Shown here: positions 14,860 through 26,849 of the stretch, in pieces
Layout of the letters: each line of letters starts with the position of its first letter
Position numbering within the stretch: position 1 is the first letter of the stretch
DNA from: the human T2T-CHM13v2.0 reference genome, Homo sapiens
Strand: one strand, 5' to 3'
NCBI RefSeq assembly: GCF_009914755.1
Contig: NC_060928.1
Length of the DNA: 64,000 nt
Notes under the pieces: generated by a model
What the model was told of the DNA's origin: nothing
What the model saw: the letters and a program-made list of their open reading frames with translations, nothing else
The model's database searches: none
Program-made: the position numbers and the translations under genes

Positions 14860-16290
14860 TTTTCATTACAGTTTTGAATCCTGGTTAGTTGTACAATTAT
14901 TTTTTATTAGAGAGTTCCATTGATTATCTTGGATTTTTCATATTATCTATCCTGTTATCTACAAATACAGATAGTTTTATTTGCTCTTTTCTAATCCTCA
15001 TGTCTAAGCAAATACTTCTATTCAATTTTAAACATTGCTTTAAATGGAATGAGTCCCATATATTGTGTTATGTGGTTTTTCATTATTGTTATTTTTAAAG
15101 TAGATTTTGTAATTTGAGTTTGAATTACGTCTTTCATCAGAAGCTGTTTAACTGATCATATCACAAGATGACTATTAACAATTCCTTCCATTTCACATAT
15201 TTTTTGGCAATGCCATGTCACCTTTCCCACATAGTTTTATTCCCTTTAATCTGGGCTGTATCTATGATTACATTGGCGGTAGAATGCTGCAGAAGTAATA
15301 GTATGTGAATTCTGGATATAGACCAAAAGAAGACTTCTGGGAACCATGAGCTATCATGTTAAGAATTATGGTTATAGCACCGAAGAAGAAACTAATGAGG
15401 GAGAGAAACCCAGAGAGTTTCTGGGTTCACCCAATATTACAGTGTTCCTTGTTGAGGAAACAGAAAGGCAACTGGGGTCATTTTGGCTCCTCCAGGCCTA
15501 GTCAGGTCTCCATATGACTGAAGCTGCATGACTAGCCCCAGACAAGACCAGCAGAAGAACCACAAAGCTGATCCTGGCCTAGACTGCAGATTCATGTGCA
15601 AATAATGTTTTATATATAAACCAGTAAATGTTGGAGTTGTTTCTTGTGCAGCAATAGATAGCTACTATAGAAGTATATATATTTTTTTGATTTCCAGGAG
15701 AATTGTTTAATTTTTTAATTTTTTAAAAATTAATTTATTATATTAAAGTCAGAGATCAGAGTGTATTTTAACTTTATGGAACTTATTTGATGCTTTTAAA
15801 ATTAATCTCAAAAATTCCAACACTAAACTTATGATTTTGTTAAAAATGACTTGGAAATCCTGAAGACTTTCTTAAATCTGTAACGGTTTTATTGGGATAT
15901 TAGTAACAGTTTCAAATTATAGATAATTTTTTCCTATGTACAGGATGGACTTATTCAATATGTAGATTTCAATTTTGGCTTTGCCCTTTTTTGTGGTCCT
16001 GGAAATTTTTTTCTTGGACTATTGCTTTAGTTTTTCTGTTCCTGTTGTTTTGTTTTTCTTATTTAGTGATCCCAAATATACATGTGAATTTCTCATCCTT
16101 TATATAATTTCTATTTTTTAAGAATGTTAAATTATGTTTGTATTCTCTATTCAGACTTTTATTCAATGTTTCTTAGTCGGTTTATATTCATATCTATTAC
16201 CTCTTGACTACATCTTATCTGATTTTCTCTCAGATTTAAAAAACATTTTTTTAATCAATTTCTGTTCTGTATTTGGTAAATATCATTGCA
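14860..16290 (-). mobile_element. Very old antisense L1ME/L1M5-type fragments, interrupted by an MLT1 LTR
   Basis: T-rich, with antisense L1 remnants such as gattatcttggatttttcata...gttatctacaaatacagatagtttt. Confidence 0.5.
15150..15669 (+). mobile_element. MaLR solo LTR (MLT1G/H-like)
   Basis: MLT1 internal motif gtagaatgctgcagaagtaatagtatgtgaattctgg and 3' end gttggagttgtttcttgtgcagcaatagatagct. Confidence 0.7.
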
Positions 16291-16292
16291 TA

Positions 16293-17152
16293 TAGCAGAT
16301 CATCAAATCATGTTGATGAGAACGAGAAATTGACTCTGGCTGGGGCCACTATCTGTGTGGAGTTTGCATGATTTTCCCATGTCTGTGTAGGTTTTCTCTG
16401 GTTACTCTTGTTTCCTCCTATATCTCAAAGATGTGCACATTAGCTGAATGAGGTTGTCTCCACGACCCCAGTAAGACTGAGTGTGGGACCGTGGGACCAG
16501 TGAGTGTGGGCACATGTGAGTGCACCCTGCAATGGGATGCACTCATCCAGGCCTGTTGGTTCAGGACTGGTTGGTTCTCACTTTGGCTCCTAAATTGTAG
16601 GGGTAGGGCTCAAGCCACCCATGACTCTGAATAGAAATAAACAGTTTGGAAAATGAATGAATTAATGACTAAATAGAAATTATTGTAAAAAAATCATAAA
16701 GTGAGCTATAATCATACAAATGCACAATAATAAATAATGCAGTACAAAGTCTCAGTGAACCCACCATATTTGTGATTGTTTTTGAAATGCATGGTGAGAG
16801 GAGGTGCTCCTGACAATGTTCGCTTTGCAAAGATTTATTTCTCGATTTAATCTACCACTGTTATGACTGTCGTCACTCCTGAATTCACCATAAATTGGGT
16901 AAATAATTATCTTTTTAATTTTTCTTAAATGTATGTACAGCTATCTCACATTTATTTCAATGTTTATTATTCAAAGTGTTTTGCGTTTTTGTTTAGAAGT
17001 TTAGTGATGTTTCTGTGACCAGAAATATACTGCAGGAATTTAACTCTTGTTTATCTTAGTCAGTTTATGGTAAAACTGGTTTTACTTTACACTATTTTTC
17101 TCAAATTTGCATTTTCCAAGAACGTATCAACGACTTAAGTGAGGACTTACTG
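16293..17152 (+). mobile_element. MER6 DNA transposon (TcMar-Tigger group), near full length
   Basis: Diagnostic ggggccactatctgtgtggagtttgca...cccatgtctgtgtaggttttctc. Right terminus cgacttaagtgaggacttactg. TA dinucleotides flank both ends; ~860 bp. Confidence 0.85.
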
Positions 17153-17579
17153 TATTTTCCTGTGTTATTTTCACTTTTCCGTTGTGAGAAGCTACACTTA
17201 ATTGTTTAATCATGAGTTCAACTTTTTTTATAACAAATAATTTTTATCTGAGAACATTTTTCAGTTTGGAGTATTGCCTATAATACTCCAAATTTACTCA
17301 ATACTCAAAATACGTTTGTGTAAATACATTTGTCTAACAGCATTTATGGCCATATGATAGATTCTCAACAGTCTTATGCAGGTGAGAGTTAGAATTTGGA
17401 GAATTTATGACATTCTTAGTTCAAGAGCATTTCCTTATATCTGTATATTGTGAATTCTTTAAAAAACAGAATTGTTTTCAGGTGCTAGGAGAATATTAAT
17501 TGATCTTTTTTTTGGCTCTTGTTTGCTTTTTTTCAGGACACTTAATTTCCACTTCTACTTTTCTAATTCCCTTTACCAC

Positions 17580-17920
17580 TGTGATGTTTAGTTTTATATG
17601 TCAACATGGCTAAGCTCTAGTACCCATTATTCAATCAAACACTAATATAGGTTGTTGCAATGAAGGCATTTTGCAAACATGGTTAATATCTAGTCAGTAG
17701 ATTTAAGTGAAGGAGATGACCTTAATAATCTAAGTGGGCCTCATCTAACCACTTGCAAGGTCTTAGGAGCAAAGCTGAGGTTTCCATGAAGAATGTCTAC
17801 TTCAAGACTACAACATTAACTACTGCCCAAGGCTTTCCAGCCTGTGGATCTACCCTACAGATTTTTAGACTTTTCAGGCCCCACAATCAAGTAACCCAGT
17901 TCCTTGAAATACATCTCTTC
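17580..17920 (+). mobile_element. ERVL solo LTR fragment (MLT2C/D-like)
   Basis: Starts tgtgatgtttagttttatatgtcaacatggctaag. Internal gtgggcctcatctaacc and ccccacaatcaagtaacccagttccttgaaatacatctc. Confidence 0.8.
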
Positions 17921-18611
17921 AATCACCAAATGTCCAAGATTGCCTACCTTCTTTGTTACCACCTTCCCTGCTAGAACCAATGTCTTCTCAAGACTAAATC
18001 TCGGGTCTGTCAAGTAGAATTTTCAAAATATTAAAACCATAATTGGAATATAAATACACAATGATCCCAAATCAATGTTTATTTACCACATTAATAGAAA
18101 TAAACCAATAGTATTATAGGATAACAAGGAAGATATAAATACTTATGCGTGTATATATGTGTGTGTGTGTTCAATGAAACACACATACCAATAAATGCTG
18201 AAATAAATTGAATAGTTTAATAAAAACATGATAAACATCCTACATGACAATAACTTCATATATTTTAATTATAAAATTAATTGTATCTTTTTTGCCTTAT
18301 TATCAAATTTTGAATAATTTCTTATGCATTCCCTGTAGGAGTGCTTGGATCTATCAGGTGTCAGAAATGTTCTTGGTATTTCTCACTTGGTGTAGAACTT
18401 CCTTGGATGTTGATGTTATACTGTGCTAATTGATTTTAAGCTTTCCATTTCCCTCTCTGAACAGTCATATGATATCAGCTTGATGTTTATTTCTCTATTT
18501 ACAAACAAATTTGTGTTCATGGTACTCTGTTTTCCAATTATGCTAAAGGAGTAAGTTATATGTGTTTTTATTGGCTCTTCTGTGTTGATTTCAGGCTTTT
18601 TTTTTTCTTTT

Positions 18612-18752
18612 TAAGGCATAAGGCAACCAGGAATTTAGTCTAAGGCAACCGAGGAATTTATATTATGTTATATATCTTTCTGTATATATTTATTCTATTC
18701 TAAGGCAACCCAGGAATTCATATTATATTATATATCTTTCTGTATATATTTA
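18612..18752 (+). repeat. Local tandem duplication (60-bp unit, about twice) preceded by two shorter partial copies
   Basis: taaggca starts at 18612, 18619, 18641 and 18701. Segments 18641-18692 and 18701-18752 are near identical. Confidence 0.9.
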
Positions 18753-20809
18753 CTAATGTTAAATAAATCTACTTGATATGAAATACATGATTTTTGTCTT
18801 CTCTACCCTGAACCTTATCTTTCTATGTTTCTATGTACCTGTGTTTCCCTCATATAATCTTAGTACATTATCTTTTTCTTTCTACTCAGATAGGATTAAT
18901 TTTCAAGAAAGATGTAAGGCACTTAAGAGTCTTTACTATCACTGTGCTTTTTCTTCTATGGCTAGGCTATTATCATTTAATCTTTTACATTTTAATTATA
19001 GAACTAAAATCAATGACCGGTGTTAAAATTATTTCAAGGGTCAGCAAGTAAATGAAGAAAGTGTAATTTGAGGCATGTTGGGTTTCCTGAAACTCTTGCA
19101 GGGTATTAAGCAGCAGCCTACTCATAAGTCTAAACTAGAAGCAAAGACAATCCATTTGGGATGCCTAGAAAAGAGATTATTGTGTCTTCATCTACTTCTC
19201 CCTATTCTCCACTCTCCCAAAAAACTTACTCACTTGGGGTTGTAAAATAACTTGGAATGAGTTTTCCTGTGTTACGACTGCTAAAGAATATTTCGTGAAT
19301 TTTCTGAGATAGGGGAGAAAATTTCCAGATGAAAAAGAATCTTGGAATTCTAATCAGAAATAGATTTCATAATTTTCTCTGTTTGCCTTTTAATTAGTTC
19401 TTTCTCTGATGCCGCTTTGATATTTGGTGTCTACCTATAATTTCAAATATAGGTATTTTACCTTCCCCAAGAGTCTGGCTTACAGTCTGACTGAGGTCTT
19501 TTCCTGTTTTCATTAAATTCTTTCTGTCATCTATGGTAGGTAAGGAGATGATTACATGAAGATCCTGAGCAGACACCACCCTTGCCCTCAGTCCTGTGTA
19601 AATTTGTGAGGCAGCACTTCTACTGCCTCATGGTTTGTGGCATTCCAGGCACCTGAAGTGAATCATTCAGATGGAGGTAGCGGTGTAAGGTGAGGATTGA
19701 CAATAGGAACAGAACACGTTAAACAAGAACCCTTGCATGAAAGCTATGAGAAAGGACAGAGGAGGAATTAAATGGGGCATCCTGTGCATTTTCACTGTTA
19801 GGAATCCATTTATCTATTAGCACTGATTTTAGGTATGTTCTAACTGCACTTATAATAATTTACAAAAAGAAATTACTGATAAAATACTACTTATAGATGG
19901 TAAAATAAACCAATAAAGATGAAAACCCAGCATTTATTTAAATTATTTAATTATACGGATTTAAATTAAGCATTAAACATGTAATTGTAATACTTAGGTT
20001 CATATTTGTGGAATCAATATTTAAGAAAATTCACTCTGCCTAGTTAACGTTCTACACAGCAATCATTAAGAATCCCTTACCTATGTATCAGCTTGGCTCT
20101 TTTGTAAATTTTGTTTAATTATAATAATAAATACAATAGTTAATCTTTAACCTTTGCAATTTACAGCTTTTGTCTTACCCCTGCTTAAAAAATAAAGTGT
20201 TCATTATGGTATGTCTTACATGCTTTCATAATGTTTCTACAAATAAATATTTCAAACTTATACCTAATCATGGCATCACTACCTCAGTTGTTCAGATACT
20301 AAATTTTTCCTACCTAGAATTGTTGAAAATATATGTTTAAAAAAGCAGTTGAGATTGTGTATTACACAGACTGCCATCTTGAAGCAAGTCATTCATTGTC
20401 TATGTCTAATCACCTGCCTTCAGTCACCTCTCTCCTTTTTTTTCTTAATTTTATTCTTTAGACTTTATTTTTCTGTTTTTTGGTTTTGTTTTGCTTTTAA
20501 AGGAGTTTGGGAGGATTTTGTTTTATATACACAGGGAATCCTGTATCCTGTTGACAATAAAGAGAGCCCCATGGTTCAGTTAGTTTTATGGTTGTGTAAG
20601 TCAAAAACTCTTTAAAAACTTTCCTAACATGTTGAATGGTCATCAACAGTTCAAACAAATAATTAAAAAAATATATAACCATTACAATTTGATTTCTAGA
20701 AGTCCACTTCGATAGATACTTGCATTGTTTAATAAGAACAAACAATTATTGATTTTTTAGTATTAGTGAGTTACATTTGACAAATGTATATTTCAAATCT
20801 CAAAATAGT

Positions 20810-20945
20810 TATTAAGTCCATTTCATAGATGGGATATTTGAGCTTTACAAGTGTTAAGCAACTTTCTCCAAGAAAAATAACTATCATATACTGAAGAGGG
20901 CTCATGCCTAGCCAGTCCAACTCTGAAATCCATCCTCTTAACTAC
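20810..20945 (-). mobile_element. MIR remnant
   Basis: ccatttcatagatggga...gttaagcaactttctccaag...ccaactctgaaatccatcctcttaactac. Confidence 0.6.
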
Positions 20946-20950
20946 GACTC

Positions 20951-21453
20951 CAGCAGGCTCAAACCATAACCTGAAGGCCTCTGCAGACCCCTTTAGGAGT
21001 CTCCGGAGGCCCCTTTAAAGGATTTTTTGGATAAAACTGTTTTCCTAATAATACTAAGATGCTATTTGTCTTTTTCAAGTGTGTACAGTGATGTTTTCTG
21101 GACACTACCTCACAGGTCATATCACAACAGGCTGAATGCAGAATCAGATACAGTAATCTAGATCTCTTCTATTGAGCCAGATACTAAACATATTTGATAA
21201 GTTAAACACAATGTCACTTCTCTCTCATCTTTGTATTTTGCAAAACATAACTATATTATTTAAATATTGTTCATGTTACATAATTGATTCATTATTTTTA
21301 TTACTGAATACATATATATTTTAAGCATCTCTGTTTTAGTTTCTAATGCAGTTATTAACATAGTGCACATATATGAACAAAAAGTCCTTTGCACTCCCAA
21401 AATATTTTAATAGTTCAGTCACAACCTGAGACCAAATGATTTGAAAACCATTG
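20951..21453 (+). mobile_element. hAT-Charlie non-autonomous DNA transposon (Charlie4a/MER80-like)
   Basis: aataatactaagatgctatttg, gtgtacagtg and gaatgcagaatcagatac...tcttctattgagccagatactaaa match the recalled Charlie4a consensus. Degenerate termini cagcaggctcaaa / tttgaaaaccattg; ~500 bp. Confidence 0.75.
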
Positions 21454-21880
21454 GGCTAATCTGCACTATTTATCAATTCTGATTACACATTTCAACATAT
21501 AATAGAATGATATCCTCTAAGAGTATTTTAATAGCAGTACTACTAAGATTCATGGTTCTCCTATTTTTAATTCACTATATTTAATTTTAAAGATTCTATT
21601 CTCTACTTCCACCAGGTGGTCATTCTGATCTATGCAGATTTTGCATTTTTTAATTAAGTTGCAGGACTTTAGTAAAACCAATTGTCACTCTAAATGTGTT
21701 AGTTCTTTTTCCTCATTTCATCTAAATACTCATATCAAGTACCATTGACAACATAACATTCTCAATTTTCTCCACAACTAATAGGCAGTTTTGCAGTATG
21801 AAGCTACAATAGAAGACCCATCAATCAAATGAATGGAACGCTGACTCAACAGAGAAGTAAATTCTTGGTAACCACGGGGA

Positions 21881-22462
21881 TGTAAACCAAAAATAAAATT
21901 CTAAGCACCTCCCCCCAACCATCTGAATGGACTTACTGCTCACCCAGGACTCTTAAAATTTAACCTGAGAGACTGTTTCAGGCCATGATGGGAAGTGGGG
22001 GTCAGATATGCCTCATTATTCTTCTCTGGCATTAACATCGACACAGACTTCAAGTCTGATAAGAAACATTTTACAACCTATTCTCTCTGAAGCCTGCTAC
22101 CTTAGGGCTTCCTGTGCAAATAAGAACTTTGGTCTCTACAATCCTGTATCTTAACCCAGAGATTCCATTCTGTTGATCCCAGGTCTTTAAATAAACTCAA
22201 CCAATTGTCAACCAGAAAGTTTTAAAATCTACCCATAAGCTAGAAGCCCCCACTTTCTGGACCAAACCAATGTATTTCTTAAGTGTATTTGATTGATGCC
22301 TCGTGCCTCCCTAACATGTATAAAACCAAGCTGCACCCAGACTACCTTGGCCACATGTTCTCAGGACCTCCTAATGGCTGCGTCAGAGGTCATGGTCACT
22401 CATATTTGGCTCAGAATAAGTCTCTTCAAATATTTTACAGAGTTTGACTCTTTTCATTGACA
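21881..22462 (+). mobile_element. MER4-family (MER4B/D-like) ERV1 solo LTR
   Basis: Starts TGTAAACCAAAAATAAAATTCTAAG and ends cagagtttgactcttttcattgaCA. 4-bp flanks GGGA/GAGA form a TSD with one mismatch. Confidence 0.9.
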
Positions 22463-22467
22463 GAGAA

Positions 22468-22521
22468 AAGGCAATAAAATAAAGATTCTGTTATAAGGCA
22501 ATAAAATAAAGATTCTGTTAT
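22468..22521 (+). repeat. Perfect 27-bp tandem duplication
   Basis: aaggcaataaaataaagattctgttat at 22468-22494 and 22495-22521. Confidence 0.95.
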
Positions 22522-25264
22522 CCTTTTTATCTTGGCATTTATTCTCATTAACACACTCCTAACTAATGGTCCCTGTCATAGGAGAACAAGGTCAGATTGA
22601 AAACAGTATGCAAGAGGTGAACAAAGAGTTTTTAGATTAGTCTATGAGGAGACTATAAAACCAGTAGAAAGAGACAGAAGACAAGATGAAACTTTTTAAG
22701 ACTATCCATATAAAGTCATGATAGATCCTTGGGAAAAACCATGAGCTCATGTTCACTGACTTTGTAAGAGGCTCTAATGGCCATTGTTTAAACTCATTTA
22801 AGCCATGCCAGATGACAGCTTTATCCAAAAATGATGGATTTATGAAGTTCATTTGTGTGTGAGACTAAATATCTGTTTTTCTCAAAGCATAATTTCTAAG
22901 TGTTAAATGAATTCTCCATAGAACTCACAAGAGATGTTTGACCTCAACTGGATGCCATTACAGGTTTAGTAAAATCATTAATGAGTAAAAGATTAAGCGA
23001 TCACAGTATTAGCTAAATACTTAGCTAACTCAGCAATGACATTTACCAAGCTCATTTTCTTATTTTAAGAAGATTACAAAAAATGTAAACATTAAACTAT
23101 TCTTCACTAAGACAGCTAATGGTTCATTGGAGCTGCAATGGTTTCCAATAAAGATAAGAGGAAAATAAGCCTTTTTTTCAGTCATTTTACTGTGATAAAC
23201 TATATCTAAGAAACTAATATTGATAATAAAAGGAATAATACATTATTTTGTGTACTGGAGAGGTAGAAAGGAACCTCATATACAAAGGGGAAATATTAAT
23301 AGGTAAGATCTTTTTTATGAGAAGTGAGTTTTTGCAACTTTATTTTACCTTTTTCCAGAAAAAAGATAGAAATCGTAATTAATATCTAAAGTTTTGTATT
23401 TATTCTTCTGAACTTGAATTTTATTTAATGTACAGAATAAGTAATTTCTACAAAGACCAAAATGTTGGTGTGTTGTTGAAGGCATGTCCTGCATTTAATT
23501 TTGCTCTGTAGTCCACCTTGGCCAAATGGAGCTAAAGTACTGACAGCTCTTAGTCACGTTTATTCTTAGTGAACTATTCTATTCTCAGTGAACTAGCCCC
23601 AGTCTCTAGGATTGTCCCTCTCATGCCCCTTTACTCTGCTCTTTCTTTCTTCAACTAAATTCTTCTGCCTAAAGCATGTTGGAGCTGGGATTTCAGAAAC
23701 AATGAATGTTTAAGTATTAGCATGCAGAGTATTTATAATATGAATTATAATATATCTATTCACACTATGTGTTCTTTCAGAAATAATTAATAGTACCTAA
23801 AAGATAAATTTATCTTGAATTTAATCAGCTTCTTTATCAATTCATAGTAGATGACAACACATAAATGTGTAAGAGATGAACAAGGTATTGCAGAAGGTGG
23901 AAGAATAGCGTTTGATACAAGAAAGAGAATATCTTTGCATATATTATTTTAATAGGTAGTATGATATAGATTATTTCATACACTGATCAACACCTTCCCT
24001 GATGCATCTATATTAATCTACATGCATGGTTTACTTATGGATATGTAAAGGCAGTAATGAAACGGGTTTGGTCCAGGAAGAGCTAAGGAAGCAGTGCACT
24101 TTGGGAGTTGTAGTACTTCATTCAGTGTTTCTGGCTGTAGAAAAATGTCGTTGATATCTGGGAATAAACCTCTTTCTCATAAGAAAATAATCAAGGACTG
24201 TTACTTTCAATCAATCATCCAGTTAAAATCTGAAATGATAATAATAAACAAAAAACCTCTAAAATTGGTCTGACACAATTTTGAATTTAAGGGATAAAAG
24301 ATTTCTGGAACATAGGGGAAGAAAATAGAAGGTTTCCTACAAAACAAGGAAAGTCATTCTTTACACAGGAACACTGAATACTAAAATTCTAGAACAATGA
24401 CAGATATTTTTAGGGAAAAATGTTGTGATTCAATATAACATACTCTTTATGATATTGTATTTCATATGTTTATGAAACAGAAGGACTTGCTTTCGTATAT
24501 AATAACTCAGATATACACACATCTCTATAATATGTAAAATGGAATTTAGTCAATGGAATTTGAGAGAGAAATCAAGTAAATAATTCATGATTAGGGATGT
24601 TATTATAAAAGTAGAAGCAGTGAATATTGAAATTGAATAACAAAAACTTCACTCTAAATAAATGTTATGAATATGGATACAAATATGATTACAAATAAAA
24701 ATATAAGTATGCATAAAGAGTTATAAAATACTTCTCAGTAATCACTGAAGTATCCAAATCATTCCATTATGAATATTGTCATTGCTCCTAAGTATGCTAT
24801 CGTGTATGGGTTATTTTCTTCCATGAGGCATTTGTATTTGATGTCTGCAGGCTCTACATACCGGGGAACACTTTGCAATAAATATCTATCCATTTGATGT
24901 TTTGGATACTACCCAGGTAGGTCCCAAATATATATAAGGCCACAACGTTACAGAAAGTTTTTATCCTTTTTCAGGTGAGATATAATTTTTCCCACCACCT
25001 AGTGCCTTGCTGGCTCTTCTGCTAACTTTCCCATGTGATCTCTCCAAGCAAACACTGAACTTTTCCCTCTATTCTCACATACTTCACAGACATTAAAACA
25101 CAAGCTCGAAGTCAGCAAAGATTGGCATGGGCCTTCAGGGACTCACAGGCTTTTGAGTTTTTTACCTCTATGGATTTCTGCCTTCATTCATATATTTGGC
25201 ATATAGTAGTTTTCTTTACATTCTTTTTAGCTCAGAAATACATTGAAAAACATACTTTTTATGA

Positions 25265-25545
25265 AGTTTCCCTTATGCAGAATAAATAAGTTCTGGAGAT
25301 TTAATGTAAAGCATGGTGACTATAGTTTAGAACATTGTATTGTATACTTGTAATTTGCTGAAAAAGATCTTACATATTCTCACCCTACACACAAAATATG
25401 GTAACTCTGTAAAGTGATGTCTATAATAATTAACTTGATTGTGGTACATTTGACAATATAGACATATGTCAAAACATCATGTCATGCACCTTAAATATAT
25501 ACAATTTATATTTGCCAATTGTACCTCAATAAAGCTGGAAAGAAA
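25265..25545 (+). mobile_element. L1MA9/L1MA10-like 3' end
   Basis: aataagttctggagatttaatgtaaagcatggtgactatagtt ... caattgtacctcaataaagctggaaa. Confidence 0.85.
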
Positions 25546-26129
25546 TTTGTAAGTTTACTTTTATTATTATATATAGAATTAAATTTGCTTTACAACAAAT
25601 TCATTTTACTTCACTGGTATTGTTTTCCCTAGAAATTTTAACCTTTTTCTTCTTAGGAATGTATAATAAAATGTTAGAATTGGCATATTTTCAACATTGC
25701 ATCTTACATTATTTTCTCATTTGTATCATATGAATCATCTCTAAACAAAAGTGGCTGGGCTATAGATGGCACATATGGACTAAAGGAAAACTGAGGACCT
25801 CTCTGGCCTGTGATGCAGATAGGATAAGCCAATTTTATTCTTTCCCCTGGAAACATGAAATAAGAAACACAAAAATAATTAGGCAATAATTGTTAGAAGC
25901 TGCAGTTAAGAGATCATTGCTAGTGTTCAGACTACAGAGTCATCCTTGGGAGAATGACCTAAAAATGAGATAAAGAAGCTAAACAGTGGTAAGCAAGAAA
26001 ATCTGGGTGTGCAAAGTGTAAGTGAGAGCCAGGATCCAAGATATTTTTAGCTCCCAGATATGTCTTACATACGGAACCAGTTCCCAAACTCCATCTCAAA
26101 AAAGCACTATTCCATTAAAGTCAAAAATT

Positions 26130-26385
26130 AACACTTACTGCGAGTGAATCCTGTGTCAGGTAGTATTCCAAATGGTCCACAAGGATTAACTCATTTTATC
26201 TTCCCAACTACTTTAAGAGGTTGGGACCACAGTCTACTCTACATATGGGAACACCACTCTACATATCAAGGCACAGAAAAGTTAAACTGTTTCTTAAGGC
26301 CGTAGAGTGAGCAAATGATGCCTCCCAAAGACTAACCTTTGCAGTCTCCTTTGAGAGCCTGAACTCTGAACCTTTCCTATAATGT
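26130..26385 (-). mobile_element. MIR, possibly flanked by decayed MLT1-type LTR sequence (~25740-26522)
   Basis: aacacttact...tgtgtcaggtagtattcc...attaactcattttatcttccca...aaggcacagaaaagttaa. Confidence 0.6.
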
Positions 26386-26849
26386 ATTGACATCCATTTA
26401 CAATTCCTGTATTTGCATTTCAGGATCCCTTACCATGTCCTGTATATCTTTATAGTAAATACTCCTTTGCTTGCGCTAGTTTAAGTGTGCTTTTTTTTCT
26501 CAGAAACAAGTCTGCCTTAACATATTTCTGTGTGTTTCTATAACAACCTGAATTTTCTCCAGGCAAATGTTTATTACATAAGTACTCTACTGTTACATTG
26601 CTCTTCTGTAGCCAACAGATCTCTGTGGCAACAAAGCCCTGCTTGAGTCAGGGTTTATCTTCATATCCAAATGTCTAACAAAATATGCAAATATGCGGCA
26701 CACAGTATGCCTTTGTAAACATTGTTGAAAGAAATACAAGTGAATGAATGCTGCGGACACATTAAAGAACACATACAAGAGAAAGAGAAGAAAGCAAATA
26801 TTTCAGTTTACTAAAGACATTTGAAGTTCTTTCCCACAAGTTTTATTAA

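Noticed and set aside
18612-18752. Repeat-spacer-like arrangement (also 45819-45904) as a CRISPR-like array
   Set aside because: The context is eukaryotic, there are only 2-4 units, the intervening sequences are themselves duplicated or palindromic rather than unique spacers, and no cas genes are present.
19607-19630. Small hairpin tgaggcag-N8-ctgcctca
   Set aside because: An 8-bp stem is expected by chance in 64 kb and does not extend into a pre-miRNA-like structure.
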